From the NCBI RefSeq assembly GCF_001194135.2, contig NC_069001.1, positions 6,003,586 to 6,067,585 of the forward strand: a stretch of DNA of 64,000 nt, in the 5' to 3' direction. Both the position numbers and the translations under genes were made by a program. Positions 63,090-64,000 of the stretch are shown here, piece by piece. Origin of the DNA: Octopus bimaculoides. Lineage: Eukaryota. Below the pieces are notes generated by a model, which saw nothing but the letters and a program-made list of their open reading frames with translations, was not told the origin of the DNA and did not search any database. The stretch's first letter is position 1. Each line of letters begins with the position of its first letter.

Positions 63090-63565
63090 ACAGACTCGTG
63101 ATACCGGTTTTCTGGTGTTTGTGGCGTATATATTTCCCCTGGTCTGTCACAATGTTACTCACTTTTGCTAGCTGAGTGGACTGGAGCAACGTGAAATGAA
63201 GTATTTTGCTCAAGAACACAACGTAGCGCCCGATCTGAGAATCGAAACTACAATCTTAAGATCATGAGTGCAACATCTTGACCAATTAAGCCATGCACCT
63301 CCACACAAAAACAAAAAATCAAAGGTCCTTCCCGTGCCTTAAGTTCATAAGGCCGGTTTCCTGGATTCCGTAGCGTGTATATTCTTCCCTTGAACAGGAC
63401 GCCAGACCGTCGAAAAATTATTCATTTTAATCAGCTGAGTGGACTAGAGCAGCGTGAAATGAAGTGTTTTCCTCAATAACACAACGTAGCACCCGATCTG
63501 AGAAGCGAAACCACAATCTTACGACCATGAGTTCAACATCTTAACCACTAAGCCACGCGTCTCCA
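63090..63565 (-). mobile_element. Head-to-tail SINE family C pair
   Basis: gctgagtggact(g/a)gagc...gaaatgaagt...cacaacgtagc.cccgatctgaga.tcgaaac...ccactaagccacgc occurs twice. Confidence 0.88.
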
Positions 63566-63942
63566 CTCAAAGCAATTCCCTTTGTGTAATATTGTGAGTT
63601 GTTTTGGGATGCACCCTTCATGAACTGAATTAAAGCCAAGTCTTTTGAGGATGATTCCATAGACAGATCTATAACTAATTTGCATATTATTTCCAGTTCA
63701 TACATATTCATCAGTCTGTTCAAAAGAACCATGTCACAGACTTATTCAATGACGTATCAATGACATAGTCGGTCATCCGGCTCTGTTTCATTGCATGATA
63801 TTTGAGTAACCATTTTTTGTAATTTATTAATCTATTCAATGAAAGTCCGTAGCGGCAAAATGCTGTTTCCAAAATTGTATTAAATACCTCAGTAAATATA
63901 TCACTGAAACACTGTTCTTTTTTGTTGCAAACAGAAAGTGGA

Positions 63943-63956
63943 GTGGCCATGGTAAC
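63943..63956. promoter_or_regulatory. RFX X-box consensus match
   Basis: GTGGCCATGGTAAC fits GTNRCC-AT-RGYAAC in unique, non-repeat sequence; function not shown. Confidence 0.3.
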
Positions 63957-64000
63957 AGCCGATCCACTCATCTTTTTTTAAGTAGTGCGGCCCGCTTTTC

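Noticed and set aside
7665-63565. tRNA-like A/B-box sequences as tRNA genes
   Set aside because: They are heads of multi-copy SINEs continuing into non-tRNA bodies, with no intact cloverleaf.
57945-63760. Candidate acceptors for MOLO-like exon 3 (57945, 63703)
   Set aside because: In the required phase they give immediate stops or peptides lacking the expected FA..L...W...C motif; exon 3 is probably outside the window or in a gap.

Overview
Eukaryotic, AT-rich animal genomic DNA from a gappy draft assembly with many N-runs. It is dominated by (CA)n/(TA)n/(TACA)n/(TAGA)n/(TTA)n microsatellites and three to four tRNA-derived SINE families. The SINE sequences and microsatellite load resemble an octopus (cephalopod) genome; this is my inference from recall and was not searched. 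One host gene is supported: a + strand, signal-peptide, MOLO-1/TPM-domain-like gene. Its coding exon 1 (27091-27289) splices in phase 1, across a ~29.6 kb intron, to exon 2 (56909-57035); later exons were not found. Recognisable transposon remnants are at least six fragments of restriction-like-endonuclease (RLE) non-LTR retrotransposons (mostly R4/Dong-like, several touching (TTA)n tracts), a mariner remnant, a Tc1 5' end, a Tigger-like MITE and a CR1/L2-like 3' fragment. All the coding remnants are on the - strand. Almost all long ORFs in the supplied track are microsatellite or N-run artefacts. There is no CRISPR array, rRNA or intact tRNA. Unexplained structure includes a higher-order satellite rich in 5' splice-site-like motifs (15.8-17.2 kb), an orphan decayed ORF followed by hairpins (18.0-19.1 kb) and candidate antisense micro-exons in the long intron. 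Repeat boundaries are approximate and were read by eye.
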